Positions 1 to 12,000 of a stretch of 32,000 nt of DNA are shown here, in pieces (position 1 is the stretch's first letter; every line of letters starts with the position of its first letter). Source of the DNA: Candidatus Saccharimonadota bacterium (GTDB lineage Bacteria > Patescibacteriota > Gracilibacteria > BD1-5 > UBA6164); the NCBI GenBank assembly GCA_965227835.1, contig OZ245768.1, forward strand, positions 30,001 to 62,000. Reading direction: 5' to 3'. Made by a program: the position numbers and the translations under genes. The notes under the pieces were generated by a model. That model worked only from the letters and a program-made list of their open reading frames with translations. It was not told where the DNA came from and ran no database searches.

Positions 1-524
1 GGATGTTGTGTTAAAAGTACATCTTTGGGTATATCTAAGTGTACTGGTCAGGGCCTTCAGCTTACAAGTATATTTAAGGCTTTCACTACTTCATAAACTA
101 CTTTGTTTGGGTCATCGATTAATTTAAAATATTTTGATATGTGTTTTGATATTCAAACGGCATTTATTTCTTGAAATGCATTCTTTCATATCATATGACG
201 AGGTACTTGTCCTGAAACTACAAGCATAGGTATTGAATCCATATAAGCATCTCCTAGTGGTGTTACTACATTTGTGAATCAAGGTCATGATGTAACTAGA
301 GTTAGTGCTTTTTTTCATGTTGATCTAGTATACCCTTGTGCCATAAACCCTGCTCATTGCTCACTTGCGGGGAGTATATGTTTTACTTTATCTTTAAATT
401 TGTTTAAAGAGTTATACAGTGGTATAGCTGCTCATCAAGGATATCAGAAAATAGTATCTATGTTTCAATATTCTATTATCGTTTTCAATATTGCATCTGC
501 GCATGTAAAATTTTTTTTGTTCAT
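1..524 (-). CDS. Thiamine-diphosphate-dependent enzyme, acetolactate synthase large subunit / pyruvate oxidase-like (N-terminal part; 3' end outside window)
   Basis: Minus frame from ATG 524..522 reads MNKKNFTCADAILKTIIEYGNIDTIFGYPGGAAIP and later VSGRPGPVHLDIPKDV with TGA=Gly. Both are classic N-domain motifs of ThDP enzymes. Confidence 0.8.
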
Positions 525-540
525 TTTTTGTAAAATTTAA

Positions 541-583
541 TAAATAAAAAACACTTCTCTTTTGTCAGCAAAAGAGAAGTGTT
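541..583 (-). terminator. Intrinsic-terminator-like hairpin inside the 5' leader of the ThDP-enzyme gene (candidate attenuator)
   Basis: Perfect 15-bp stem 550..564/569..583 with a 4-nt loop. On the minus strand a T-rich tract (549..541) follows it, about 16 nt before ATG 524. No upstream minus-strand gene exists for it to terminate. Confidence 0.55.
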
Positions 584-1079
584 TGAAAAAAATACCCTCT
601 TAACTGACTCGCAAGAAGACTAATACCACCACATTAGAAAGGATTATAAACGATATTTTTGGCATTTTTTAATTTTTTAAATTTCTTTTATGTTTTGGAT
701 AATAATTGTAAAGTATTTATAGTCAAAGTTTTTTGCTTAAATCTACCCAGTTTTTTGTATTTTATAGTTTATTTTTTACCTTTATATAAGTAAAAACAGA
801 GATTTTATATTGATTGAATTTTATAAAGATAAAGTTAGCTTAAATAAGTCATTTATAAAATACTAAAGATAAAACACTAAAAATAGCTTAATTTCCCTTT
901 ATTTAAAGTAAAATATAGGTATACTTTTTATAAAAAGTGGGTAGTTTTGAGTTTTTGGTCCTTTTTAGATGTGTTTTCTTTAAATTTAAAACATATCTAA
1001 ACTATTCATATTTTTTACATTTATTTTAATTTATGCTAAAATTGTAAAATAAAGTTAATTTATGCTATAAATTCAATAA

Positions 1080-4000
1080 ATGGTTGAAAAAATAGAAATA
1101 GGTGGAGGTTCTATTGAGTCAAATTCAAGCAATAGAGTTGACACTTCAGTTAAAAGCGATGTAGAAGGTATTTTATGAAATAAAAACGAAATAAATACTT
1201 GTCTTACAAGTTATAGATTAAATCAAAATTTAAATAAAAAAAATTTTGATTTAATTTTTGAATCATTTTTAGAAAAAGCAAAAAGTGATGATAATTTTGC
1301 AGAAAATATAGTCCCAGCATTAATAAATACCTGAAATATATCAGAAGAAAAACTGAACTCTAGCTTTGATTTAATTTTAAGAGAATCAAAAAATAGAGAT
1401 AGTTGGTCAAGATATATATTTCCAGTATTAATAAAAACCTGAAAGATATCAGAGGATAAATTAAACTCTAATTTTGAGTCAGTTCTACAAGAAGCAAAGC
1501 ATAATACATATTTAGCAATATATGTAGTACCAGAATTAATAAATACATGAAGAATATCGGAAGAAAAATTAAGATTTTTAGATAATTTTTTTGATTTTGC
1601 TTTAAAAGAAGCAAGAACTAATCAGGACTTTGCAATATATATAATTCCAGCACTAATAAATACCTGAAAGATACCAGAAGAAAAGTTAAACTCTATTTTT
1701 GAATCATCTTTAAAAGAAGCAAGAATTAATAAGGACTTTGCAATATATATAATTCCAGCATTACTAAAAACCTGAAAAATATCAGAAGAAAAATTAAAAC
1801 TTCTAGATGATTTTTTTGATTTTGTTTTAGAAGAAACAAAAACAGATTATTATTGGACAATCTATATAGTTCCAGTATTAATAAATACCTGAAAGATATC
1901 AGAAAAGAAATTAAATTCCATTTTTGAATCATCTTTGAAAGAAGCAAGAATTAATGAAGATTGGGCAAAATATATAATTCCAGTATTAATAAAAACCTGA
2001 AAGATATCAGAGGATAAATTAAACTCTATTTTTGAATCATCTTTGAAAGAAGCAAGAATTAATGAAGATTGGGCAAAATATATAATTCCAGTATTAATAA
2101 AAACCTGAAAGATATCAGAGGATAAATTAAACTCTATTTTTGAATCATCTTTGAAAGAAGCAAGAATTAATGAAGATTGGGCAAAATATATAATTCCAGT
2201 ATTAATAAAAACCTGAAAGATATCAGAGGATAAATTAAACTCTATTTTTGAATCATCTTTGAAAGAAGCAAGAATTAATGAAGATTGGGCAACATATATA
2301 ATTCCAGCATTAATAAATACATGAAAGATATCAGAAAAGAAATTAAACTCTATTTTTGAATCATCTTTGAAAGAAGCAAGAATTAATGAAGATTGGGCAA
2401 CATATATAATTCCAGCATTGATAAATACCTGAAAAATACCCGAAGAAAAAATAAACTTTAGTTTTGAGTTAGCTTTAGAAGAAGCAAAAACAAATAGTTA
2501 CTGGGCAGTATATATAGTTCCAGCATTACTAAATACCTGAAAGATACAAGAAGAAAAATTAAACTTTAGTTTTGAGTTGGCTTTAGAACAAGCAAAAACA
2601 AATATTTTCTGGGCAGTATATATAGTTCCAGCATTACTAAATACTTGAAAAATATCAGAAGAAAAACTGAACTCTAGCTTTGATTTAATTTTAAGAGAAT
2701 CAAAAAATAGAGATAGTTGGTCAAGATATATATTTCCAGCATTACTAAATACTTGAAAAATATCAGAGGAAAAATTAAAGTTACTAGATGATTTTTTTTA
2801 TATAGCTTTAGAAAAGGCAAAAACAAATAATTACTGGGCAGTATATATAGTTCCAACATTACTAAAAACCTGAAAAGTATTAAATTTTACAATACTAGAA
2901 CACGATGAAGAATTTTTATTAAACTATAAAAGAAATAACGAACTATTTGACTCAATATTTAATAAATTAAATCAAAACTTCAAAATACTAACATTTCTAA
3001 ACAAGAATTTTCTAAATTTAGAAATCCTTGAAAAAGTAAATAAATTCTTAGAAAAATATCAAGTTAATACAGATATATTTTGAGAAAACATAGAAAAAAT
3101 TCTACAAAACGAAAATGGAATGGAAATATGATATTTTTTAGAATGTATAAAAAAAGAAGAAAATCTTCCTGAAAACTATCCAATAAATACAACCAATTTC
3201 ACAAACTACATAAAAGAAGAAAATGAAGTAATATTTAGCTTTGAAAAAGATGAATGATTAACCTGAGAAACTAAACCCTGGACAAAGAAATGGTTTTTAG
3301 AAAATACAGAAAGAAAAAATTACTTAAAAAAAGAAAATTACAAAACCATAAAGAAATTTGGAACAATAATCTGAATATGGTTACTATGATGATGTAAAGA
3401 TAAAAAAAGTCTAGAAAAATTCTATAAATACATATTCTCATCAATAAACATAAAAAAATCAAGAACAAGCCTACTACAGCTATGAGAAATATTTAATCTA
3501 ATCCTAAGAAAAGAAAATTACAGTTTACTAGATGAACTAGTATGAAACAAAGTAGAAATATGAAAATACTTTAAAAACTTTGTAGAACAATACAAAATCT
3601 CAGATAAATGAAAAACCATACTAACACTATTAATAACAAGAGAAATAAGAGATAGTTACCAAATATTTAATAACAAAAATTGAGACCAACAAGTAGACTA
3701 CACAAGTATAGAACGTTTATTATTATCAGTCTATAAAAAGCTAGAAAAATATAAAAAAGTAATAGAAATATACAAAAACATACCAGTAAAAACATCTATA
3801 TGAATAGAAATAGAAGTAACACAAAGTATATCAGAAGCATACAAAGAATTAAATCAAAGTGACTATAAAAATGATATAGAAATAATATCAGACTATAGCT
3901 GAATATCATCATGAAATGATGCAGTACATGAAATATGTACAAAACCAACAGATAACCCATATTTACTAATACTAGAAATACAACTACTCCAAGATTTAGA

Positions 4001-5192
4001 CTTCCTAGACCTAAACTTCAAAAAAGAGTGATATGACAAATGATCTAGATGATTACACATAACAATATGATGAAAAAAAATAGAAATGGATGAAGAAAGT
4101 AATTTCATACAAAACATACTATCACTATCAAACATATGAAGTGTAAACTCATGAGAAGAAATAAATAAAGTTAATTGTTATTGTAGTATAAGATGAAAAG
4201 GAGATTTAGAAGATATATATTGAAATGGAAGTTGAGTAGAATTTAGGAGTTTGAGTATAGATAAATTTGAACAATTTGAGAGGATGATAATATCCACATT
4301 TAATTTGTTTATGTTGAAACAGTTATCTATCAAAGAAATAACCAAAGAATTAAAAAATAAAAATGAAGAAGAAAATCTAAAAAAACTACAAACTCACTTT
4401 AAAGAATTAAAAACAAAAATAAAAAGAACTATAAAAAATCATAATGAAAATTTTTTAAGAAACGAAAGCTTAAATGAATGACTAGATAAAAATATAGAAA
4501 ACCTATTAAAATTATTTATAAGTACCTGACCTGTAATAGAACTAATAAATAAGCTAGATTTAAGTATTTGATATCTAAGAAGTATATGAGACACAGAAAT
4601 AAAAACCCAAGAAGAATTTGAACAAAGATTAAATAAGGACTGAAAAGATATATATAGTTTATGAAAAAAACAAAGAAAGATATTATATATGAACTACAAA
4701 ATAAGAATAAAACCAAACTTAGAAAAGATAAGGAAAAAAGATGAAGAACTATATAACAATATATGAAAATATTTAAATTGAAATTTAGATGAGACACTAA
4801 GGAAACTAACAAATAGATCTAGATTTTTAGAAGTATGTTTATGAGATGAAAAGAAACTACTAGATTATATAGAAAGTATAAAAATAGAACCAGAATATAT
4901 GTATGAAAAAATGGATGAGGATTTATCAAATAAATTTATTAGGATAAATAATCTTTTCATAAAAAAAGATTCAGTTAATGCTATATGAATGTTAACAACA
5001 ACTAAAGAAGAGGATTGAGTACTTGTTGATTTATTACAAACAGAGCTTAGTATATATGACAAGCTAGATAGATGAATTGAGCCTAGAAAATGATATAATG
5101 TTATCCAGTGAGCTAGTGAAGATATGCTTGTACATAGTGTTGCAAAGGAAATACTTGAATGTAATAGATTGGTTTTAGAGTATTTGAATTAG
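1080..5192 (+). CDS. Giant (1370 aa) repeat protein, function unknown; N-terminal 15 x 36-39-aa helical-looking repeats plus a K/E/N/I-rich C-terminal ~770 aa
   Basis: The frame (start mod 3 = 0) runs from ATG 1080 to TAG 5190..5192 with no TAA/TAG. It has many in-frame TGA. Track ORF 4251..4481 lies in the same frame. Confidence 0.8.
1240..2880 (+). repeat. In-frame tandem coding repeats, period 108 or 117 bp, 15 units; units at 1914..2237 are nearly identical at nucleotide level
   Basis: Consensus unit is NSIFESSLKEARINEDWAKYIIPVLIKTGKISEDKL. The block tttttgaatcatc recurs at 1921 and 2029 (108 bp apart). Segment 1346..1425 recurs at 2656..2735. Confidence 0.9.
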
Positions 5193-5304
5193 AGGGGATA
5201 GAGAAATATATTTTAGTTTACTAAAATTAAACCTTCAAATATTTGTTATATAAAAAATTATATGTTACAATTTTCATGTATTTTAATTTTTAATTTTTTA
5301 ACAT

Positions 5305-5910
5305 ATGAGTTGAATTAATTGATTAGATTGAAGGCAATCGGGAGAGGAATTTATTCAAGACTTACTAAATCAAGCAATTTCAGAAAATAGTTTGAATGCT
5401 TTAGAAATAGATTCTCTAAAAAGAGATTTGAATGACCCAATGAGTGATATATCTGTTGTTAGAGATAATTTAGATCACTATTTTATTAAAGAGTTGATTT
5501 CTCAAGGTTATTTAAAAAAACCATTGGATGAAGTTATAGTAGATTCCTTAGTTGGTTTATGAAAACGAGATATATTTTGGAAATGTGTTACACAACATGA
5601 AACAATAGAATATATGTCTGAAAGAACTTCATATCACTTACCTGCAGTACAAAAATTAATCTTTGAAAGTCCTGATATTAGAGTTGAATGAGGTTTGAGA
5701 ACCACAAATCCTTCAAAGGATCCTAGAATAATGGAGTTGAAATATAATATTGATGCAATCAAAAGTTTTATTTCAAAAAGTACTATAACAATATGAAATA
5801 TTTTAGCAATTTTAGATGCTTTTGATAATGATTCATGATGAGGAGGATGAAAACCAAGTGTAGAGAGTGAAGTATCAGATGTGAAAGATAGAGCTGGGAA
5901 AATAGCTTAA
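5305..5910 (+). CDS. Hypothetical protein (201 aa)
   Basis: ATG 5305 to TAA 5908..5910 is in frame with TGA=Gly (MSGINGLDGRQSGEEF...GGGGGKPSVESE...). No family recognised. Confidence 0.55.
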
Positions 5911-5956
5911 AAATACTAAAATCCCAAATACTCCAACAAAAAATTTGACAAAAGAA

Positions 5957-5990
5957 TTAGCACCTATATAATCTCGGTGTTAATTTTTTT
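5957..5990 (+). terminator. Rho-independent terminator candidate
   Basis: Stem ttagcacc (5957..5964) pairs with ggtgttaa (5976..5983, one G-T pair) and is followed by a T7 run. Confidence 0.5.
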
Positions 5991-6009
5991 ATTATTTAAT
6001 ATAAATTAT

Positions 6010-6285
6010 ATGAGTTTGAAACCATTGAGTGATAGGCTTGTATTGAAGTCTGTATGAAAAGAAAATATTACACAAAGCTGAATATATATTCCTGAAACTG
6101 AAAATAAAGAAAAGTCTTTTTTATACGAAGTAGTTGCTGTATGACCATGAAAAAAAGACAGTGATATGAATGTATCTGTTTGAGACAAGGTATTATGCTG
6201 ACAATATAGTTGAGATGAAGTAAAATATGAATGACAAGAATATAAAATAGTTTGAATTGATTATATATTAGCAGTTGTAAATTAA
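6010..6285 (+). CDS. groES: Co-chaperonin GroES (91 aa)
   Basis: MSLKPLSDRLVLKSVGKENITQSGIYIPETE...VVAVGPGKKD...GDKVLCGQYSGDEVKYEGQEYKIV with TGA=Gly. Sits directly upstream of groEL. Confidence 0.95.
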
Positions 6286-6346
6286 AAAAAACCGAAAAAT
6301 TCATTTAAATGAAAAATAAACTTTATTTTTTAATATTTTTATAAAT

Positions 6347-7990
6347 ATGGCAAAACAAATACAATTTTGAGACAGTGCAAGAGAAAAAATACTTTCTTGA
6401 ATGAAAATAGTAGCTGATACAGTTTCTGTTACAATGTGACCAAAATGAAGAAATGTAATTTTTGATAAATCTTATTGAACACCACAAATAACAAATGATG
6501 GTGTAACTATAGCAAAAGAAATAGAACTAGAAGATAAATTTGAAAATATGTGAGCTGAACTTGTGAAAGATGCAGCAGATAGAACAAATAGTGAAGCTTG
6601 AGATTGAACTACTACTTCTACCATTTTGACCTATGCTTTAGCAAAAGAATGACTTCGCTATATAAAATCATGAGTTAATTCCGTTGAACTTAGAAATGGT
6701 ATGAAAAAAGCATCCGAAGAAGTGATAAATGAACTTAGTAAAAATTCCAAAATTATTAATGCAAAAGAAGAAATAGCACAAGTAGCTACTATTTCTGCTC
6801 AAGATGAGGAAGTATGAAAAATCATAGCAGAAGCTATGGAAAAGGTATGAAACAATTGAGTTATAAGTATAAAAGAATGACAAACTTTTTGACTAGAAGT
6901 TGAGACTACTATGGGTATGGAAGTGGATACTGGTTATATAAGTCCTTATATGGTATCAAATCCAGAAAAAATGATAGCTGAGATGAAAGATGTACCTATC
7001 TTGATTACAGACTGAAAAATATCAAGTATGAAAGATTTACTTCCACTTCTTGAAAAACTAATGCAAGAATGAAGAAAGGACCTCGTAGTTCTAGCAGAAG
7101 ATGTAGAATGAGAAGCTCTTACAACAATAATATTAAACAAACTAAAGTGAATTTTAAATGTACTTGCTATAAAAAACCCTTGATTTTGAGATAATAAAAA
7201 AGAAGTTTTAAAAGATATTTCTATACTTACATGAGCTAATATAATAACCAGTGAATTAGCCATGAAACTTGAAGATGTAGAAATTGATGATTTAGGTAGG
7301 GTTGATAATATAGTTTCTACAAAAGATAAAACAACAATTATTTGATGAACTTGATCCAAAGATAATATTAGTGCCAGAGTAGAGGAGATAAAAAATAATA
7401 TAAAAAAGTCTGATTCTAAATTTGATATAGAAAAACTTCAAGAAAGATTAGCAAAACTTGATTGAGGAGTTGCTGTGATAAAAGTTTGAGCAGCAAGTGA
7501 AGTGGAAGCTAAAGAAAAGAAACTTAGAATAGAAGATGCACTAAATGCCACTAGAGCTGCAGTTTCAGAAGGTGTTGTAGCTTGAGGTTGAGTTGCGCTT
7601 TTAAGAGCTTCAAAAATTTTGGATAGTCTAGATTTATGACATGAAGATAAAAATTTGTGAGTTTCTATAGTAAAACAAGCTTTGAAATACCCAATTGTCC
7701 AAATTGTTACTAATGCTTGAAAAGAAGGAAGTGTTATAGTAAACGAAATTCTAAAAAGTGAGGATATAAATTATTGATATGATGCCTTTAGTGATGAGTA
7801 TATAGATATGCTTGAAGCTTGAATTATAGATCCAAAAAAAGTAGAAAGAGTAGCTTTACAAGAAGCAGTTAGTCTAGCTTGAATGTTTTTGACAACAGAG
7901 GTTTCAATAACAGATATTCCTAAAAAAGAAGAAGAACATAATCATGGAGATTGAGGTTTTAATCCAGGAGCTTGAATGTGAATGTATTAG
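6347..7990 (+). CDS. groEL: Chaperonin GroEL (547 aa)
   Basis: [75 protein letters not shown]. The AGDGTTT motif is written gct tga gat tga act act act at 6596..6616. The tail is Gly/Met-rich. Confidence 0.97.
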
Positions 7991-8000
7991 TTTGTTTTAA

Positions 8001-8031
8001 AAAATTAGAGAATTTTAATTCTCTAATTTTT
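8001..8031 (+). terminator. Rho-independent terminator after groEL
   Basis: The palindrome attagagaatt/aattctctaat (8004..8027) is followed by a T run. Confidence 0.65.
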
Positions 8032-8067
8032 GTATAAGCAAAATATTACTATAATAATTTTACTAAA

Positions 8068-8655
8068 ATGAAACAAAATATAAAAAGCTTAAAGTGTTAT
8101 TCAAAAAAAATACAAATTATAATTTTAACTATATTATTACTAGCTATGTGAATTTTTTCGTTTTTATCAAAAAATAGCTTTAAAAATGATGCTAGTGCAG
8201 AAGAATTATCTAAAGAGCAAGCTGAGAAAATAATTTTGAGTACTCCCATTTATGATAGAAAAAATATATCAAAGGACTTGTGGCTTAAAAGTGAGATTTT
8301 AGATAATTTGTCATATAAGGTTTTGTGGAAACATGGAACTGAAAGACCATTTACAAGTGAGCTGAATGAAGAAAAAAGAGAGTGAGTTTTTGTTACAAAA
8401 GGGTGTAATATACCAGTATTTTCAAGTGAGGATAAATTTGATAGTGGTACTGGTTGGCCTTCTTTCACACATACTATTAATGAAGATAATATAATTTTGA
8501 AAAATGATTATTTGTTTGGAATTAAAAGAATTGAGGTATTATCAAAGTGTGGTGAACATTTAGGGCATGTATTTAATGACTGACCAAAAGATAAATGATG
8601 AAAGAGATGGTGTATTAATGGTGCCGCACTTAATTTTGTTCCAAAAGAGGGTTAG
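8068..8655 (+). CDS. msrB: Peptide-methionine (R)-S-oxide reductase MsrB with N-terminal hydrophobic anchor or signal
   Basis: [55 protein letters not shown]...[13 protein letters not shown]...[13 protein letters not shown]. The N-terminus [19 protein letters not shown] is hydrophobic. Confidence 0.9.
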
Positions 8656-8707
8656 ACTCAATTTTTTTTAATTTAAAAAGGCTTTTGGTAATACTTTCTG
8701 AGCAATA

Positions 8708-8815
8708 TCTCACCCTAACCCGAATAGCTCTCACCCTACCCCTATCCTTCCAAAAGGAGATGGGATATAACAGAAAGATAACAGGGGATATGAAGAATTA
8801 TAACATAACTTAATA
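8708..8815 (+). repeat. Family-B intergenic repeat (CACCCTA...CCCTnTCCTT hairpin ...GGGAnATAnAACAGA), copy 1
   Basis: Aligns by eye with 15880..16015, sharing ctcaccctaNccctNtcctt, aggaga, ggga.ata.aacaga.aga and aatt.ataac. Has an imperfect GC-rich hairpin around 8742..8766. Confidence 0.6.
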
Positions 8816-8845
8816 TCTAGTTTTTATTTTTAGTTTAATTTTTTT

Positions 8846-8990
8846 GGGCAGATGGCTTTAGCCATTTTCCCATTAAAAATATTTGCATTAAGCCTTTTGA
8901 ATAGTAATATTTCTGCAAAATAAAACTTAATTGCAAATTATCCCAAAATTATTATATTCCTTTCAACAGAAGGCTTCAGCCTTTTGTTCC
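8846..8990 (+). repeat. Family-A composite hairpin repeat (GGCAGATGGCTTTAGCCATTT ... CAACAGAAGGCTTCAGCCTTTTG), + orientation
   Basis: The 21-mer ggcagatggctttagccattt is the exact reverse complement of 12265..12285. The second hairpin matches the reverse complement of 12099..12121 and 22854..22876. The spacer shares caaaata..ttaattg. Confidence 0.65.
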
Positions 8991-9014
8991 ATTAATCTTT
9001 AATACATCAAACAA

Positions 9015-10301
9015 ATGAAACCCCAACTAAAAAAAGCATTCACCCTAGTAGAACTAATAGTAGTAGTAACAATACTATCAATATTATCAACTATATGATT
9101 TGTAAGCTATAGCTCATATCTTACAGGAGTAAGAGATACAAACAGAATAAGCCAACTAAAAGCAATATGAGATGCTTTATATATGTATTCTACAACTAAA
9201 AGTTTACCAATCCCAGATGATAAAATAGATATTAAATCATGAGATGATATAATATCATACCAATGATATGTATGAGAAGAAGTAATAGAAACCATAACCT
9301 ATACATCAGACTGAAAAGATCCTAAAGATGATACATACTTTTCATACTATCTAACAAAAGATAGAAAATACTTTCAATTAATGGCATTTTTGGAGGAAGA
9401 AAATGCTGAAAGTGTAGCATATAATAAAGTTATAAATTATACAAGTGCAGAAATAGATTATGAGAATAGATACCCACATACCCAATGAAGGAAACTATGA
9501 ATAATAACAACAGAAACTAATAAGCCTATTCAAGAAACATGAATAACAGAAATAGATGTGGAAGATGTATGAACAGAAAATATTTACAAATCATATTTGA
9601 AAGCAAATGAAGTGATTGAATGAAATGGTGATATTTTATCGAGTTTGGTATCTATAGCTAAAGTATGATGAAGATGATATAGTGTAGATGATAGTGGGGA
9701 GTTAGTATATAAAGATTTAGACTGAGATAATAGTACGAGTAGTAGTAATGAAAGTTCTAATGAGAGCAGTGATGAAATCAACAATGATTCAAACACAGAG
9801 TCAAATAATGACAATAATGAAGATAACAATTCAAATGATAGCTCTGATTCATCTTCTGATAATTGAGATGAAAGTACAAATAATGAAAGTGATTCAGATA
9901 CAAATTTAGATTGATCTTCTAACAATGAAGATAATAGTACAGATAATAAAAAAACATATTTTTGGAAAGAAGAAAAAGCCGAAATTTGATCATCGGCATC
10001 AAGTTGATTCTTATGAAAAACAGTTTGAACTCACTGACATACTCATCACAATTGATACTATTCACAAACATGGTCTGAGTGAAATGCAACACCTGATGAT
10101 TGTACTGAGTCTAATCTATGATATCAATATTGAGTTTGATCGGGTATATGTAGCAGTTTTAATGGTACAAATTGTTCACATGATATCTGAAATATGGATG
10201 ATAGTAAGAGAGTGGTAAAGTCAGATTCTAGTTGAGAATACTTAAAATGAACAAATAATAATAAACCTATATTCTTTCTATATACTTGTGTTTACGAGTA
10301 A
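9015..10301 (+). CDS. Type IV pilin / pseudopilin-like protein (428 aa) with acidic low-complexity linker and Gly/Cys-rich C-terminal region
   Basis: The N-terminus MKPQLKKAFTLVELIVVVTILSILSTIGFVSY is a class III prepilin signal plus hydrophobic helix. The frame stays open (TGA=Gly) to TAA 10299..10301. Confidence 0.75.
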
Positions 10302-10339
10302 TATATTCAATAATTATATTAAAACTAAGATATATATTT

Positions 10340-11482
10340 TTGAAAGTAGCTATATTACATGAAATGCTTGTAAAACTTGGAGGAGCTGAAAAAGTAGTCT
10401 CGGCTTTTTTAGAAATTTTCCCCAAAGCAGATTTATTCACACTCATATATGACGAAAAAAAAGTCTGAAAAGTATTCCCAAAATCTTCTATAAACAAACA
10501 AGTCTTTAAATTAACAAGCAACAAAGTATATAAAATATTTAAAAACCAAAGACTTTGTTTTCCATTTATGGCAAAAAGTGTTGAATCTCTGGATTTTAGT
10601 AGCTATGATCTTTTACTCTGTTCTAGTTCATGATTTGCTCACGGAGCTATTACAAAACCAGAAACAAAATTTGTGGTTTATTATCATTCCCCATCTAGAT
10701 ATTTATGGGACTATACAAATGAATATAAAAACTCTCTTGGGCTTTCAAAATGAATAAAAAAATACTTTAGATATTTCTTTGATAACCTTTTATCAAAAGC
10801 AAGAATCTGGGATTATATAGCAAGTAGAAGAGTTGATTTGCCAATAGTTGCTTCTAGGCATGTATCTAAAAGAATACTAAAATATTATAAAAGAGATGAT
10901 TTTGAAATAGTTTACCCACCAGTTGAAACTAAGAAATTTAGTTCACTAAAAATTTCTTCAAAAGATCCTAAAGCTAAAAAGGATTATTTTATAACTATAT
11001 GTGCTCTTACTGAATGGAAAAGACTTGATGTAGCTATAAAAGCTTTCAATAAAATGCCATCTAAGAAATTAAAAATAATTTGAATTTGAAACTATGAACA
11101 GGAGTATAAAAAAATGGTTAAAAGCAAAAATATAGAGTTTTTATGATACAAAGACTGATATGATTTAGTGAGTATTTTAAAACTAGCAAAAGGTTTTGTA
11201 TTTGTAAGTAGCGAAGATTTTGGTATTTCTCCTATTGAAGCCTTATCTTGTGGAACACCAGTTTTTTGACTGGCTTCATGATGATTACTTGAAACAAATA
11301 TTGCATGAAAAACATGAGGGTTTTTTTATGATAAAGATTGAAAAGATTTTTTAGAAGGTTTTAAAATTTTTGAAAAAAATATTGATTTAGGTTTATATAA
11401 AAAACAAAACTTGTTGAAACAAGCAAACAAATTTTCAAAAGAGATTTTTATAAAAAATATAAAAGAGCTTTTATCTTTCTAG
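10340..11482 (+). CDS. Glycosyltransferase, GT4 (group 1) family
   Basis: (TTG)KVAILHEMLVKLGGAEKVVSAFLEIFPKADLFTLIYD...FVFVSSEDFGISPIEALSCGTPVFG. Track ORFs 10286..10468 and 10838..11083 share the frame. The TTG start was chosen by N-terminal similarity and is uncertain. Confidence 0.8.
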
Positions 11483-11863
11483 GTTTTCTTCTATCCTTCT
11501 TATAATTTCTTTGTTTATTTTATTGGAGTCATTGTTTATAAGATTTATCAAATTATCAAGTGATAACACTATCGTTTTTGTATCTTCCACTGCTTCAACA
11601 CTTGCTGTTCTTTCTTCTTCATTTAATAAAGCTATTTCTCAAAACATATTACCAGAAAAAAGTTCTGCTACTTCTTCTCACTTAATTGTCACTTTTACTT
11701 TTCAGCTTTTTATTACATATCACTCCCCATTTGAATTTTCTCACTCTGACAAAATGACTTCTCAAGATTTAAATTCTTTTTCTGGAGAAGAAAGAATTAT
11801 TTCTTCCACAACACTTTTATCAATTCCTTTAAATATTTCTAAGTCGTATATAGATTCAAGCAT
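11471..11863 (-). CDS. Stand-alone cyclic-nucleotide-binding (cNMP/CAP-effector) domain protein (130 aa)
   Basis: MLESIYDLEIFKGIDKSVVEEII...GEVILSEGENSNGEGYVIKSGKVKV...FSGNMFGEIALLNEEERTASVEAVEDTKTIVL. Its 3' end overlaps the convergent GT4 gene by 12 nt. Confidence 0.8.
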
Positions 11864-12000
11864 TTTTATTTAATTATATTATAAAAATTTATATTTGGTT
11901 ATCATTTAATTTTAACATTTATAATCTTTTATTGCAAAAATTTATATAAAGTAGGAAATTAAAAGTCTATATCCTTCAGAAAAAATCTTTATTTTTATAC

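Noticed and set aside
600-1079. Search for tRNA, rRNA or other structured RNA genes in the long AT-rich spacers (also 8656..9014, 11880..12320, 26705..27343, 28870..29164)
   Set aside because: I saw no cloverleaf-compatible sequence, T-loop consensus or rRNA-like segment, only the hairpins and repeats reported above.
1240-2880. Regular 108-bp tandem repeats that could be mistaken for a CRISPR-like or satellite array
   Set aside because: They are in frame within one long TGA=Gly reading frame and encode a coherent 36-39-aa protein repeat. There are no unique spacers.
6946-7359. 137-aa minus-strand ORF
   Set aside because: It is antisense to groEL. The same applies to 11511..11873 (+, antisense to the cNMP-binding gene), 28408..28629 (+, antisense to recR) and 9584..9925 (-, antisense to the acidic linker of the pilin).
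9925-10218. 97-aa plus-strand ORF in the pilin tail region
   Set aside because: It is out of frame with the pilin gene, whose table-25 frame runs uninterrupted through this region to 10301.
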